Shown here in pieces: positions 1 through 7,721 of a stretch of DNA of 64,000 nt. Position 1 is the stretch's first letter. Every line of letters begins with the position of its first letter. The position numbers and the translations under genes are program-made. The notes below the pieces were generated by a model that saw only the letters and a program-made list of their open reading frames with translations, was not told the origin of the DNA and ran no database searches. The stretch is from an uncultured Tissierellia bacterium (lineage in GTDB: Bacteria > Bacillota > Clostridia > Tissierellales > Peptoniphilaceae): assembly GCA_937923265.1 (NCBI GenBank), contig CALAJY010000050.1:4938-68937 (forward strand), in the 5' to 3' direction.

Positions 1-20
1 ACCCGAGAAAGGAGAAGAGG

Positions 21-719
21 ATGAGTGAATTTTTGAATAGCCCGGAAGTGGAAGAGGCCCTTCAGATCATCCAGACGGAGATTCCCTTTGCCATTTGGGA
101 GACCATTTATGTTACCTTGCTGTCCACTTTCTTTGCCGTTCTTATCGGCCTTCCCCTGGGAGTTCTCCTCGTTGTGGGGGAGAAGAAGGGAGTCCTTCCC
201 CTGCCCGCCCCTGTTTTGAAACTGCTCGGCTTTGTCATCAATATTCTTCGATCGGTTCCTTTTTTGATCCTGATGATCATGGTCTTTCCCCTGACCCGTC
301 TTCTGTTGGGCACCGTGGTGGGAACCCCCTCTTCGATTGTCCCCCTGGTGATCTGTGCCTTTCCTTTTGTGGCTCGGCTAGTGGAGACCAGCCTTCGGGA
401 GGTGGATGGCTCTTTGATAGAGGCGGCGCAAAGCATGGGAGCGAGCCCCTTTCAGATCATCTGGAAGGTGATGATTCCCGAGAGCATCCCCTCCCTGATT
501 TCCAACCTGACCATCGCCATGACCACGATTCTCGGTTACTCCGCCATGAGCGGAATCATCGGTGGTGGAGGACTTGGAAAAATTGCCATCAACTATGGCT
601 ATTACCGTTTTAAGTATTTGGTCATGCTCGTTGCGGTGATTGTTCTGATTCTTTTGGTCCAGCTGATTCAATCCCTGGGCACCTATTTCACCGTCCATTT
701 CGATAAACGACTCCGGTAA
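21..719 (+). CDS. metI: Methionine ABC transporter permease (MetI family)
   Basis: 232-aa multi-TM ORF. It aligns by eye along its length with E. coli MetI (IFRSVPFLILMI, APFVARLVE, GYSAMSGIIGGGGLG). SD aaggagaag lies upstream of the ATG. Confidence 0.85.
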   Translation: MSEFLNSPEVEEALQIIQTEIPFAIWETIYVTLLSTFFAVLIGLPLGVLLVVGEKKGVLPLPAPVLKLLGFVINILRSVPFLILMIMVFPLTRLLLGTVVGTPSSIVPLVICAFPFVARLVETSLREVDGSLIEAAQSMGASPFQIIWKVMIPESIPSLISNLTIAMTTILGYSAMSGIIGGGGLGKIAINYGYYRFKYLVMLVAVIVLILLVQLIQSLGTYFTVHFDKRLR

Positions 720-743
720 GAAAACCAGTGAGACCTTCCTCCA

Positions 744-772
744 TTGACAAGGGTCTTTCCCGGTGGTAGGGT
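744..772 (+). promoter_or_regulatory. Putative sigma-A promoter for the TPP-riboswitch/thi transporter operon
   Basis: TTGACA (744-749), a 17-nt spacer, then TAGGGT (767-772), just upstream of the riboswitch. Confidence 0.4.
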
Positions 773-783
773 AAGACGAATTC

Positions 784-870
784 AATAGGACGTGGGGGAG
801 CTATTGCTGAGAACGGTAAGACCGGACCCGTAACCTGACCTGGACAATGCCAGCGTAGGCCGACGAATGA
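784..870 (+). promoter_or_regulatory. TPP (THI-box) riboswitch aptamer
   Basis: Conserved THI-box core is readable: gggagc..ctgaga..gaccggacccgtaacctgacctggacaatgccagcgtagg. It is followed by an intrinsic terminator and thiamine-precursor transporter genes. Confidence 0.85.
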
Positions 871-884
871 AGTTTTTGCAGTGA

Positions 885-913
885 ATCTTCTCCCTTTGGG
901 AGAAGATTTTTTT
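885..913 (+). terminator. Riboswitch expression-platform terminator
   Basis: 10-bp perfect hairpin atcttctccc/gggagaagat with a ttt loop, followed by a T7 tract, immediately 3' of the TPP aptamer. Confidence 0.75.
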
Positions 914-925
914 GTGGAGGGAAGC

Positions 926-1690
926 ATGAATCAGAGTAAAAAATACGTTAGGTCCCTGGCGGGTATCGGCCTGGTGCTCCTGCTGTGGCAGCTGGTGGCA
1001 CAGCTCCATCCCATGGGAAAGTTCATGCTGCCGGGTCCCATTCAGGTGGCGGCATCTTTCGTGGACCATTGGCAGCTCCTTGTGCACCATGCGGGAACCA
1101 CCCTGATGGAAGCCGGGATCGGGCTGGGCATCGGTATTGCCTTGGGCTTTGCCACGGCCCTCCTTATGGAGCGCTTTCCCCTGCTCTACGACATGTTCTA
1201 TCCCGTTCTCATCATCAGCCAGACCATTCCCACGGTTGCCATTGCCCCCCTTCTGGTCATCTGGTTCGGTTTTGACCTTTTGCCGAAGGTGATCATCGTG
1301 GTGATTTCCACCCTGTTTCCCATCACCATCGGCCTCTTGGATGGCTTCCATTCCATCGATCCGGACTATCTACAGCTCTTGCAGTCCATGAATGCCAGCC
1401 CCAGGCAGATGATCCGCTTTGTGAAGCTGCCCTTTGCACAGAGTCATTTCTTTTCGGGCTTGCGCATTGCGGTCACCTATTCCATCGTGGGGGCGGTGAT
1501 TGCCGAATGGCTGGGCGGCAACAATGGTCTGGGCGTGTACATGACCCGGGCGAGGAAGTCCTATTCCTACGATGAGATGTTTGCCATCATCATCTTTATC
1601 ACGGCACTCAGTCTTCTGTTAATGGGGGCGGTGAATCTATTGGAGGGCATCTCGATGCCTTGGAAAAGAAAAGAGAGGAGTAAGAAATGA
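926..1690 (+). CDS. thiX: ABC transporter permease, ThiX-like (HMP/thiamine-precursor uptake)
   Basis: Polytopic SsuC/TauC-type permease. The ATG at 926 is preceded by ggaggg. The ORF-track start at 881 lies inside the riboswitch terminator, so it is rejected. Function is inferred from the TPP riboswitch and the NMT1/THI5-type binding protein downstream. Confidence 0.75.
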   Translation: MNQSKKYVRSLAGIGLVLLLWQLVAQLHPMGKFMLPGPIQVAASFVDHWQLLVHHAGTTLMEAGIGLGIGIALGFATALLMERFPLLYDMFYPVLIISQTIPTVAIAPLLVIWFGFDLLPKVIIVVISTLFPITIGLLDGFHSIDPDYLQLLQSMNASPRQMIRFVKLPFAQSHFFSGLRIAVTYSIVGAVIAEWLGGNNGLGVYMTRARKSYSYDEMFAIIIFITALSLLLMGAVNLLEGISMPWKRKERSKK

Positions 1691-2772
1691 AACGAGGAAA
1701 GTTTTTATCCTTCCTGCTCGTTGCCATGCTCGTTCTTCTGGCGGGCTGCGGAAGCGGGGAGAAGAAAGAGGAAGATACGACGTCAAAGGCCCAGGCGCCT
1801 TCAAGCAGTCAGGGGAGCGGCGAAGAGGGCAAGAATGAGGAGTCAAAGGAAAAGAAGGAGGTCACCAAGCTCACCTTTGTCCTGGACTACACCCCCAACA
1901 CCAACCACACGGGAATCTATGTGGCACAGAAGCTGGGCTACTTCAAAGAGGAAGGCCTGGATGTTACCATCATGCAGCCGCCGGAAGATGGCGCCCCTGC
2001 CTTGGTCGCTTCCGGAAACGCGCAGTTTGGGGTGGACTACCAGGACACCATCGGACCGGCCTTTGCCAAGGAGAATCCCCTGCCGGTGACCAATATCGCC
2101 GCGCTGATTCAGCACAATACCTCGGGCCTCATCTCCTTAAAGGAAAATCCGGTGAGTCGCCCCAAGGATCTGGAGGGAAAGACCTATGCCAGCTGGGGCA
2201 TGCCTATTGAACAGGCCATGGTCAGGGACGTCATCAAGAAGGACGGAGGCGATCCGGAAAAGCTGAAGATTATCACCGCCAATGCGGCCAGCATCTTTAG
2301 CATGAAGGGGTCGGACTACCAGACCATCTGGGTCTTCTATGCCTGGGACGGGATCGCCGCCAAGGTGAAGAAGATCGATTCGGTTTACTTCCCCTTCCGG
2401 GATTTCAACCTTGCCTTTGATTACTACACGCCGACCCTGATTGCCAATAACGCGTATTTAAAGGATCATCCGGATATTGCCAAGGCCTTTTTACGTGCCG
2501 TGCAGAAGGGCTACGAGTATGCCATCAAGAATCCGGAAAAGGCGGCAGACATTCTTTTGGAACAGGCTCCCGAGCTGGACCGCGATGTGGTGGTGGAAAG
2601 CCAGAAATACTTGGCGGATAAATATATCGATGATGCACCGTACTGGGGCCAGATTGACAGCAAACGCTGGAACCGCTTCTATCAATGGCTCTTCCGGGAG
2701 AAGCTGATTGAGAAGGAAATTCCTCAAGACTTTGGCTTCACCAACGAATATCTTCCCGGGTTCAGCAAATGA
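1687..2772 (+). CDS. thiY: NMT1/THI5-like substrate-binding lipoprotein, ThiY-like
   Basis: Signal peptide with lipobox LLAGC. Low-complexity S/E/K linker. NMT1/THI5-type core (LTFVLDYTPNTNHTGIYVAQKLGYFKEEGLDV). Start overlaps the permease stop. Confidence 0.8.
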   Translation: MKRGKFLSFLLVAMLVLLAGCGSGEKKEEDTTSKAQAPSSSQGSGEEGKNEESKEKKEVTKLTFVLDYTPNTNHTGIYVAQKLGYFKEEGLDVTIMQPPEDGAPALVASGNAQFGVDYQDTIGPAFAKENPLPVTNIAALIQHNTSGLISLKENPVSRPKDLEGKTYASWGMPIEQAMVRDVIKKDGGDPEKLKIITANAASIFSMKGSDYQTIWVFYAWDGIAAKVKKIDSVYFPFRDFNLAFDYYTPTLIANNAYLKDHPDIAKAFLRAVQKGYEYAIKNPEKAADILLEQAPELDRDVVVESQKYLADKYIDDAPYWGQIDSKRWNRFYQWLFREKLIEKEIPQDFGFTNEYLPGFSK

Positions 2773-3518
2773 GCCTGCTGGAGGTAAAAGAACTGAGCAA
2801 ATCCTTTGCGGACAGACCCATCCTCCAAGACATCCGCTTTTCCCTGGAGGAAGGGGAGACCCTGGCCCTGCTCGGGGACAGCGGCGTAGGCAAGAGCACC
2901 CTGTTCAATGTGATCTCGGGCTTTCTCCTGCCCGACCAAGGGGAGGTCCTGTTGGAAGGAAAATCGGTCCTGGGCCGGACCGGTCACTTCAGCTACATGC
3001 TCCAGAAGGACCTCCTTCTTCCCCACCTGAAGATCATCGACAATGTGAGTCTCCCTCTGCGGATTCGGGGAATGGGGAAAAGGGAGGCCCGGGCCAAGGC
3101 CTCACCCTATCTGAAGGAGTTCGGCTTGGAGGGAACGGGCCGGCAGTATCCCAACCAGCTTTCCGGTGGGATGCGACAGCGGGCCGCCTTTCTTCGCACC
3201 TATTTGGCCTCCGGCCGGATCATGCTCCTGGATGAACCTTTTAGTGCCTTGGACGGGGTGATTAAAAAAGAGCTGATTGCCTGGTATCGGGAAGCGGCCA
3301 AGCATTTTGGCCTCTCGACCCTGTTTATCACCCACGATATTGAGGAGGCCCTCCTGCTGGCGGACGAGATTCTCCTCCTGCAGGGGAAACCGGGAACGAT
3401 CCGTGGTCGCTTTCGTCCCAACCTTTCGAAGAGGAAGGGGATGGAATTGGAAGAAGATTTTTTCCAAACGAAAAAGGAGATTGCCCGGCAGTTCCAATCG
3501 GGATATGCTTCGTACTAA
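2769..3518 (+). CDS. thiZ: ABC transporter ATP-binding protein, ThiZ-like
   Basis: Walker A GDSGVGKST, signature LSGGMRQR, Walker B MLLDEPFSALD. ATGA overlap with the preceding gene. Confidence 0.85.
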   Translation: MSLLEVKELSKSFADRPILQDIRFSLEEGETLALLGDSGVGKSTLFNVISGFLLPDQGEVLLEGKSVLGRTGHFSYMLQKDLLLPHLKIIDNVSLPLRIRGMGKREARAKASPYLKEFGLEGTGRQYPNQLSGGMRQRAAFLRTYLASGRIMLLDEPFSALDGVIKKELIAWYREAAKHFGLSTLFITHDIEEALLLADEILLLQGKPGTIRGRFRPNLSKRKGMELEEDFFQTKKEIARQFQSGYASY

Positions 3519-3545
3519 AAAAGAGCCGAAAGGCTCTTTTTTTTG
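3517..3545 (+). terminator. Intrinsic terminator of the thi transporter operon
   Basis: Hairpin aagagcc/ggctctt followed by a T8 tract, directly after the stop codon. Confidence 0.7.
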
Positions 3546-3644
3546 CTTCTTTTTTAAGTGTGTAGGCCCTGCGGAGATCCGCCCTTACGTGGGATTTCTC
3601 CCTAGACGCGGATTTTAAAGTGGCCTGCTGCCGGAGGTTGTCCT

Positions 3645-4442
3645 CTATGCCCCTTCGAAACAGCGATGAAAGTTTTCTTCGATGATCCTTTCCATCTCTT
3701 TTTCGCTCTTCTGCTTTCTTCGGGCCAGGCAGGCAAGAATCTTTTCCACCAAATCTGGCCAGCCATACTCTCCTCGCACCCATTCCAGGGAATTGGGACC
3801 GTCGGTCTCGGTCAGAATGCGGTCTGGAGGAAGAAGATCCATCAGCTTCAGGGTGAGCGAGGAATCCATGAAATCGGAACTGATGGTAAAGTAGGCTCCC
3901 CGGTCCAGGTAGGCAGGGACCAGGGAGAGGGGGCCGCTGTACCAATGAATGATGCAGCGGGGAAGGCGAATTCGTTGCAGCTCCTCCAGCACCTCTTTTT
4001 CCCGTCCCTTTGTGTGAATATTCGAAAGCAGAGATCTTTTTTGTGCCTCCTCTAAGAAAAAACGAAACACGCGGAGCTGGTCCTCCGGGTGACTGGAGGA
4101 GGGGGCCCACACGGAATCCAAACCGATTTCTCCGATAAAATCGCAGTCTTCCAGATAGGAATCCAGCCCCTCCAAAGAAGTCTTTGCACTCACCTTCCAG
4201 GGATGGATGCCAAAGCCTTTTTTGATGAGAGGATGATCCTTGGCGAGTTTCTTAACAAAGTCGTAGCTTCCCGGGTCCTCAGCGACCCCCAAGGTAAGGA
4301 TTCCCTTTTCCTCGATGTTTTGTAACGCCCGGGGCAGCCGATCCCTGTAGGCATCCATATGATCATGTGCGTTGATAAGCAACTCCTTCTCCTTTCCGAA
4401 ATTCAGCGTACGTCTTCCTGGTAAAAGTTCTGAACTAATCAT
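3645..4442 (-). CDS. TatD-family metal-dependent hydrolase
   Basis: 265 aa with TatD motifs: NAHDHMD, IGEIGLD, IHTKG, IIHWYSG, ETDGP. Confidence 0.8.
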   Translation of the reverse strand: MISSELLPGRRTLNFGKEKELLINAHDHMDAYRDRLPRALQNIEEKGILTLGVAEDPGSYDFVKKLAKDHPLIKKGFGIHPWKVSAKTSLEGLDSYLEDCDFIGEIGLDSVWAPSSSHPEDQLRVFRFFLEEAQKRSLLSNIHTKGREKEVLEELQRIRLPRCIIHWYSGPLSLVPAYLDRGAYFTISSDFMDSSLTLKLMDLLPPDRILTETDGPNSLEWVRGEYGWPDLVEKILACLARRKQKSEKEMERIIEENFHRCFEGA

Positions 4443-4608
4443 ACCCCAGTTTTCTTCCCGAAGGAGGGAAGCACCGGTGATAGAAACCTAAACAAAAGAT
4501 AAGATAAGAAAATTCAAGTGAAATTCATCAGTTAATAGGAAATGGAATATTTTAATATATATATATGATGTGCTATAAGCGAATAAAAGTGAGCGAAAGG
4601 AGATAAAA

Positions 4609-4791
4609 ATGTCATTCAAGAAAATTGCTTTGTTTATCCTTCTCGCAGTTTCTCCGATTATTACCAAACTGGTTTATGTCTATGCGACAGGGAATCCCGT
4701 GCGAGGCTGGAGTCAGATGGGAATATGGTACGCCGCATTTCTTTTTTTCGGTGTGAAATATTATCTTCGTTCTCAGAGGTCATCGAAGTAG
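4609..4791 (+). CDS. Small hypothetical membrane protein (60 aa, two predicted TM segments)
   Basis: Strong SD gaaaggag 7 nt before the ATG. Hydrophobic segments IALFILLAVSPII and GIWYAAFLFFGV. Lies in an AT-rich stretch. Confidence 0.5.
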   Translation: MSFKKIALFILLAVSPIITKLVYVYATGNPVRGWSQMGIWYAAFLFFGVKYYLRSQRSSK

Positions 4792-4834
4792 CACGAAGCG
4801 AGGGAGGAGTGGATCATAAAATCGATTGGTAAAG

Positions 4835-4996
4835 GTGTTGGAATTCGTTGCTTTCTTAGTTGTGGTCAACCTCATCATCTGTTGTTTCACGGGCTATTGG
4901 AAGGATGGCTGGGTGCTTATTGGAATCATGGCCGGCACGTATTATGCCTTTCTACGTTGGCCCTTTGAGCCGGATTTGAGTGAATACTTTGAATAG
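4835..4996 (+). CDS. Possible second small membrane protein (53 aa)
   Basis: Open frame VLEFVAFLVVVNLIICCFTGYWKDGWVLIGIMAGTYYAFLRW... ending just before a strong terminator. Only GTG/TTG starts are available and the SD is poorly placed. It is below the ORF-track length cutoff. Confidence 0.25.
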   Translation: MLEFVAFLVVVNLIICCFTGYWKDGWVLIGIMAGTYYAFLRWPFEPDLSEYFE

Positions 4997-5019
4997 TGTC
5001 TTGCATTTTTGAGATGGAA

Positions 5020-5060
5020 GCGTCGGTCTTCCCTGTACAGGGAAGACCGACGCTTTTTTT
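5020..5060 (+). terminator. Intrinsic terminator
   Basis: 14-bp perfect stem gcgtcggtcttccc/gggaagaccgacgc with a 6-nt loop, then a T7 tract. Confidence 0.8.
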
Positions 5061-5086
5061 AGATACCGCGAAAGGAAGCAGAATAT

Positions 5087-5101
5087 GGGTTCCCCTGGGA
5101 A
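5087..5101 (+). repeat. 15-nt direct repeat gggttcccctgggaa, copy 1
   Basis: Identical to 5127-5141, exactly 40 nt downstream. Internally palindromic (ttccc ctg ggaa). Confidence 0.9.
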
Positions 5102-5126
5102 GTGCGAAAAAGGGGGGGCCAGGGTC

Positions 5127-5141
5127 GGGTTCCCCTGGGAA
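5127..5141 (+). repeat. 15-nt direct repeat gggttcccctgggaa, copy 2
   Basis: Identical to 5087-5101. Confidence 0.9.
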
Positions 5142-5258
5142 ATCCGCCTGTTGAGACTCGCGAATCCCGACACCCTGCCAGGCCACGTGATGAGACCCCG
5201 AATGCACGCAACCAACCGGGCTTGGTGGTTTTCGGGGGTAAAACTTTCCCGATTTTGT

Positions 5259-5287
5259 TTGCTACTTTTTCCGCTTTATGGTATAGT
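5259..5287 (+). promoter_or_regulatory. Sigma-A promoter with extended -10 for the tRNA pair
   Basis: TTGCTA (5259-5264), a 17-nt spacer, then TGgTATAGT (5279-5287), about 25 nt upstream of tRNA-Trp. Confidence 0.6.
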
Positions 5288-5312
5288 TAGCAAGTCAACC
5301 AAATAATGACAT

Positions 5313-5384
5313 AGGGGTATAGTTCAGTGGTAGAACGTCGGTCTCCAAAACCGAATGCCGTGGGTTCAAATCCTGCTACCCCTG
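5313..5384 (+). tRNA. tRNA-Trp (anticodon CCA)
   Basis: Cloverleaf folded by hand: acceptor AGGGGTA/TACCCCT, D arm GTTC/GAAC, anticodon stem TCGGT/ACCGA with loop CTCCAAA, T loop TTCAAAT. No encoded CCA. Confidence 0.85.
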
Positions 5385-5387
5385 TAT

Positions 5388-5461
<74 letters not shown>

Positions 5462-5465
5462 TTTC

Positions 5466-5491
5466 AAGAGTTGCCTTGGCAACTCTTTTTT
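5466..5491 (+). terminator. Intrinsic terminator after the tRNAs
   Basis: Hairpin aagagttgc/gcaactctt with loop cttg, then a T5 tract. It abuts the stop codon of the convergent minus-strand gene. Confidence 0.75.
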
Positions 5492-6503
5492 ATTGCCCTT
5501 TTTTCGGAATCGAAGAAAGGAGGTGGAGCAAGAGACTCTGCAGGAGGGGAAGGATATTTTCTTTCAGAAAGTGCCCCTCATCTTCCAAGACGAGGAAGGG
5601 GGACCGCAATTCATAGGGGGATTGATCATGATCATAGCCCGGACTCACGGCTATGAGAAGCGCATGATCATGAAGCCGGGCACGATGAACCGGAAGACGG
5701 AGGGTCCAGTATCCCTCCTCTCCGGCGAGATCCGCAAAGGACGAGCGCAGAAAGAGGGAGGGGAGGTCCCGGGAACTTTGCAAAGTGATTTGCAGAAAGT
5801 CGCCTTGCTTCTGTAGTTTTTCCAGACAAAGGGACCCTTGCTTTTCTGGAAGGGGCAGAGAAAAGAGAAAGATGGAAAAAGCATCCGTCAGGTAAGGGAC
5901 CAGCCAGGCGGTGGCAAACAGGTCGTCTCGGTTGTGAAGCAAGGCGAGGGCCTGATTTTCTTCGGTCGGATTCTTTGCCAGGGGGATCATGTCTTTTCCC
6001 GTGAGTCGGTCCTCCCGTTGAAAACCGGATTTTTTCTCGAGAAGCTGTAATTTCATGCTCTCTTTGGAGAAAAAGGGCCGATATCTTCGCACCAATGGAT
6101 AGAGATCCAGATGGGAGAGCGGGGGGAAGCCAAAATGGTAGCGCTGACCGCGGGCGGCCAGAAAGGGAAGATCAAAGGAAGATCCGTTGAAACTGACCAG
6201 ACAGGAGGAGGGATGAGCCGCCAAGAAGTGCTGCCAGCAGGACAGAATCGCTTCTTCTTCCGCATCCTCCGCCCGGTCCCAAATCCACTGGTGGAGGAGT
6301 GGGGGTCGGTTTGCGGAGATTTCCAAACAGCCCAAAAGAAAGACAGGATGCCCCTGCCGGCTGAGCCCCTCCGTTTCGATGTCGATGACCAGAAAGGAGC
6401 CGGGGGGATCATCGAGCAGCAGAGAATCGTAAGACCTTTGGAACCGGAGAAGGTCTGCATAGGTAATGGGAAATTGGCGGCTTTCTTGGATACGCTCTTT
6501 CAT
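5490..6503 (-). CDS. RNase H-fold / YprB-like predicted 3'-5' exonuclease domain protein
   Basis: DEDD-like motifs LVIDIETEGL and SFNGSSFDLPFL in the N-terminal half. The ~150-aa C-terminal region has no feature I recognise. I prefer the ATG at 6503 (SD taggag 5 nt upstream) over the TTG at 6527 used by the ORF track. Confidence 0.6.
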   Translation of the reverse strand: MKERIQESRQFPITYADLLRFQRSYDSLLLDDPPGSFLVIDIETEGLSRQGHPVFLLGCLEISANRPPLLHQWIWDRAEDAEEEAILSCWQHFLAAHPSSCLVSFNGSSFDLPFLAARGQRYHFGFPPLSHLDLYPLVRRYRPFFSKESMKLQLLEKKSGFQREDRLTGKDMIPLAKNPTEENQALALLHNRDDLFATAWLVPYLTDAFSIFLFSLPLPEKQGSLCLEKLQKQGDFLQITLQSSRDLPSLFLRSSFADLAGEEGYWTLRLPVHRARLHDHALLIAVSPGYDHDQSPYELRSPFLVLEDEGHFLKENILPLLQSLLLHLLSSIPKKGQ

Positions 6504-6589
6504 GGGGGCTCCTAGTCTTTTTAACAAGCTATGATAAAATAAAATCGGTATTTTGGTTAAGAACAGTATAGAACAGAATCGAGGAAGAC

Positions 6590-7720
6590 ATGATTTATTT
6601 TGATAACGCTGCTACCACCGCAGTGGATCCCCGGATTGCGGATACCGTGCGGGATATTTTGGTGAACCATTGGGGGAATGTATCTTCGCTCCACCATTTG
6701 GGGGTAGAGGCGGAAAAGCATTTGGAGAAGAGTCGTCACACCATTGCCCGGTCCCTGGGCGTGGATGATAAGACGATTATCTTCACTTCTTGTGGCAGTG
6801 AGAGCAATAACATGGCCATCCACAATGCGCTCGTCCGGTGCCGGTCGGAGAAGAAGAATGTGGTCATGTCACCCATCGAACACTCTTCGATTTTTAATTT
6901 AAAGAAGCATCTGGAAGACCGGGGCGTTGAGGTTCGCTTCTTGCCCGTGAACGAAGTGGGAGTGGTACACCCGGAAGACCTGGCGTCTTGTGTGGATGAG
7001 AACACCGCCATCGTCTGTGTGATGTTTGTCAACAATGAATTGGGAACCATTGAACCGATTCAGGAGCTGGCAAAAAAGACCAAGGAGATCAATCCCCACG
7101 CCCTGTTCCATGTGGACGGGGTTCAGGGCTATGGTAAAGTGGAAATCAACTTGGGAAACTCCGAAATTGACAGCTTTTCCTGCAGCGGACACAAGATCCA
7201 TGCACCCAAGGGCGTGGGCTTCCTCTATATTCGAAAGGGTATGGACTTTGAACCCCTGATGATCGGGGGTGGTCAGGAGTTCGGCATTCGACCGGGAACG
7301 GAAAACGTGGCCTATATTGCCGCCCTTGCCCAGGCCTATGAGTTGATGCAGGAATCCCACCGGGTCGAGGAAATCTATCGACATGCCATGGAGCGGGTGG
7401 ACCGGATGAAAGGGGTTCGTTTAAACAGCCCCCGCGAAGGCGCCAGCCCCTATATCATCAATATCGGGGTGAAGGGCATCAAGAGTGAAGTGATCCTCCA
7501 CATGATGGAGGAGGAGGATATGTACCTGTCTGCCGCTTCCGCGTGCAGCAAGAATGCCAGAAGCCACGTCCTGGAGGCCGTTCATGTTCCGGAGGAATAC
7601 ATCGATGGCTGTCTACGGATCAGCTTCCAGCGGATGAATACGCTGGAAGAAGTGGATCCTTTCTTTGATAAGTTGGAAGAGAAGATTGAGGAAGTCCGGG
7701 CGATTACCGGAAGGAGATAG
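6590..7720 (+). CDS. Cysteine desulfurase (NifS/NifZ-type, class V aminotransferase)
   Basis: PLP-lysine motif SCSGHKIHAPKGVG and catalytic Cys loop SAASACS. Immediately upstream of thiI, like the B. subtilis nifZ-thiI pair. Confidence 0.9.
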   Translation: MIYFDNAATTAVDPRIADTVRDILVNHWGNVSSLHHLGVEAEKHLEKSRHTIARSLGVDDKTIIFTSCGSESNNMAIHNALVRCRSEKKNVVMSPIEHSSIFNLKKHLEDRGVEVRFLPVNEVGVVHPEDLASCVDENTAIVCVMFVNNELGTIEPIQELAKKTKEINPHALFHVDGVQGYGKVEINLGNSEIDSFSCSGHKIHAPKGVGFLYIRKGMDFEPLMIGGGQEFGIRPGTENVAYIAALAQAYELMQESHRVEEIYRHAMERVDRMKGVRLNSPREGASPYIINIGVKGIKSEVILHMMEEEDMYLSAASACSKNARSHVLEAVHVPEEYIDGCLRISFQRMNTLEEVDPFFDKLEEKIEEVRAITGRR

Positions 7721-7721
7721 A

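Larger units (their letters stand above)
5085..5240. other. GC-rich, apparently structured non-coding element of unknown identity
   Basis: No credible ORF. A 15-nt direct repeat is present. One long-range helix pairs cagggtcggg (5120-5129) with cccga(ca)ccctg (5166-5177). A second helix pairs ccccgaa (5196-5202) with ttcgggg (5231-5237) and encloses accaa/ttggt. GC content is far above the flanks. Confidence 0.3.

Noticed and set aside
881-925. The upstream GTG start given by the ORF track for the ThiX-like permease.
   Set aside because: These codons lie inside the TPP-riboswitch terminator hairpin and U tract. The ATG at 926 has a proper SD.
3328-4110. 260-aa minus-strand ORF overlapping both thiZ (antisense) and tatD (same strand, other frame).
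   Set aside because: The product is P/G/S/R-rich and low in complexity. It overlaps two well-supported genes and has no start context.
5061-5090. The ggaagcag string in accgcgaaaggaagcagaat, reminiscent of the SRP RNA domain IV motif (GGAAGCAGCC).
   Set aside because: Only 8 nt match. There is no flanking helix 8 pairing, no GNRA-closed hairpin, and the rest of an SRP RNA is absent.
5085-5306. 73-aa and 62-aa plus-strand ORFs, and 87- and 93-aa minus-strand ORFs, across the GC-rich element.
   Set aside because: They have no SD and give Arg/Pro/Gly-rich implausible products. The frames run into the tRNA promoter. The region is better explained as non-coding.
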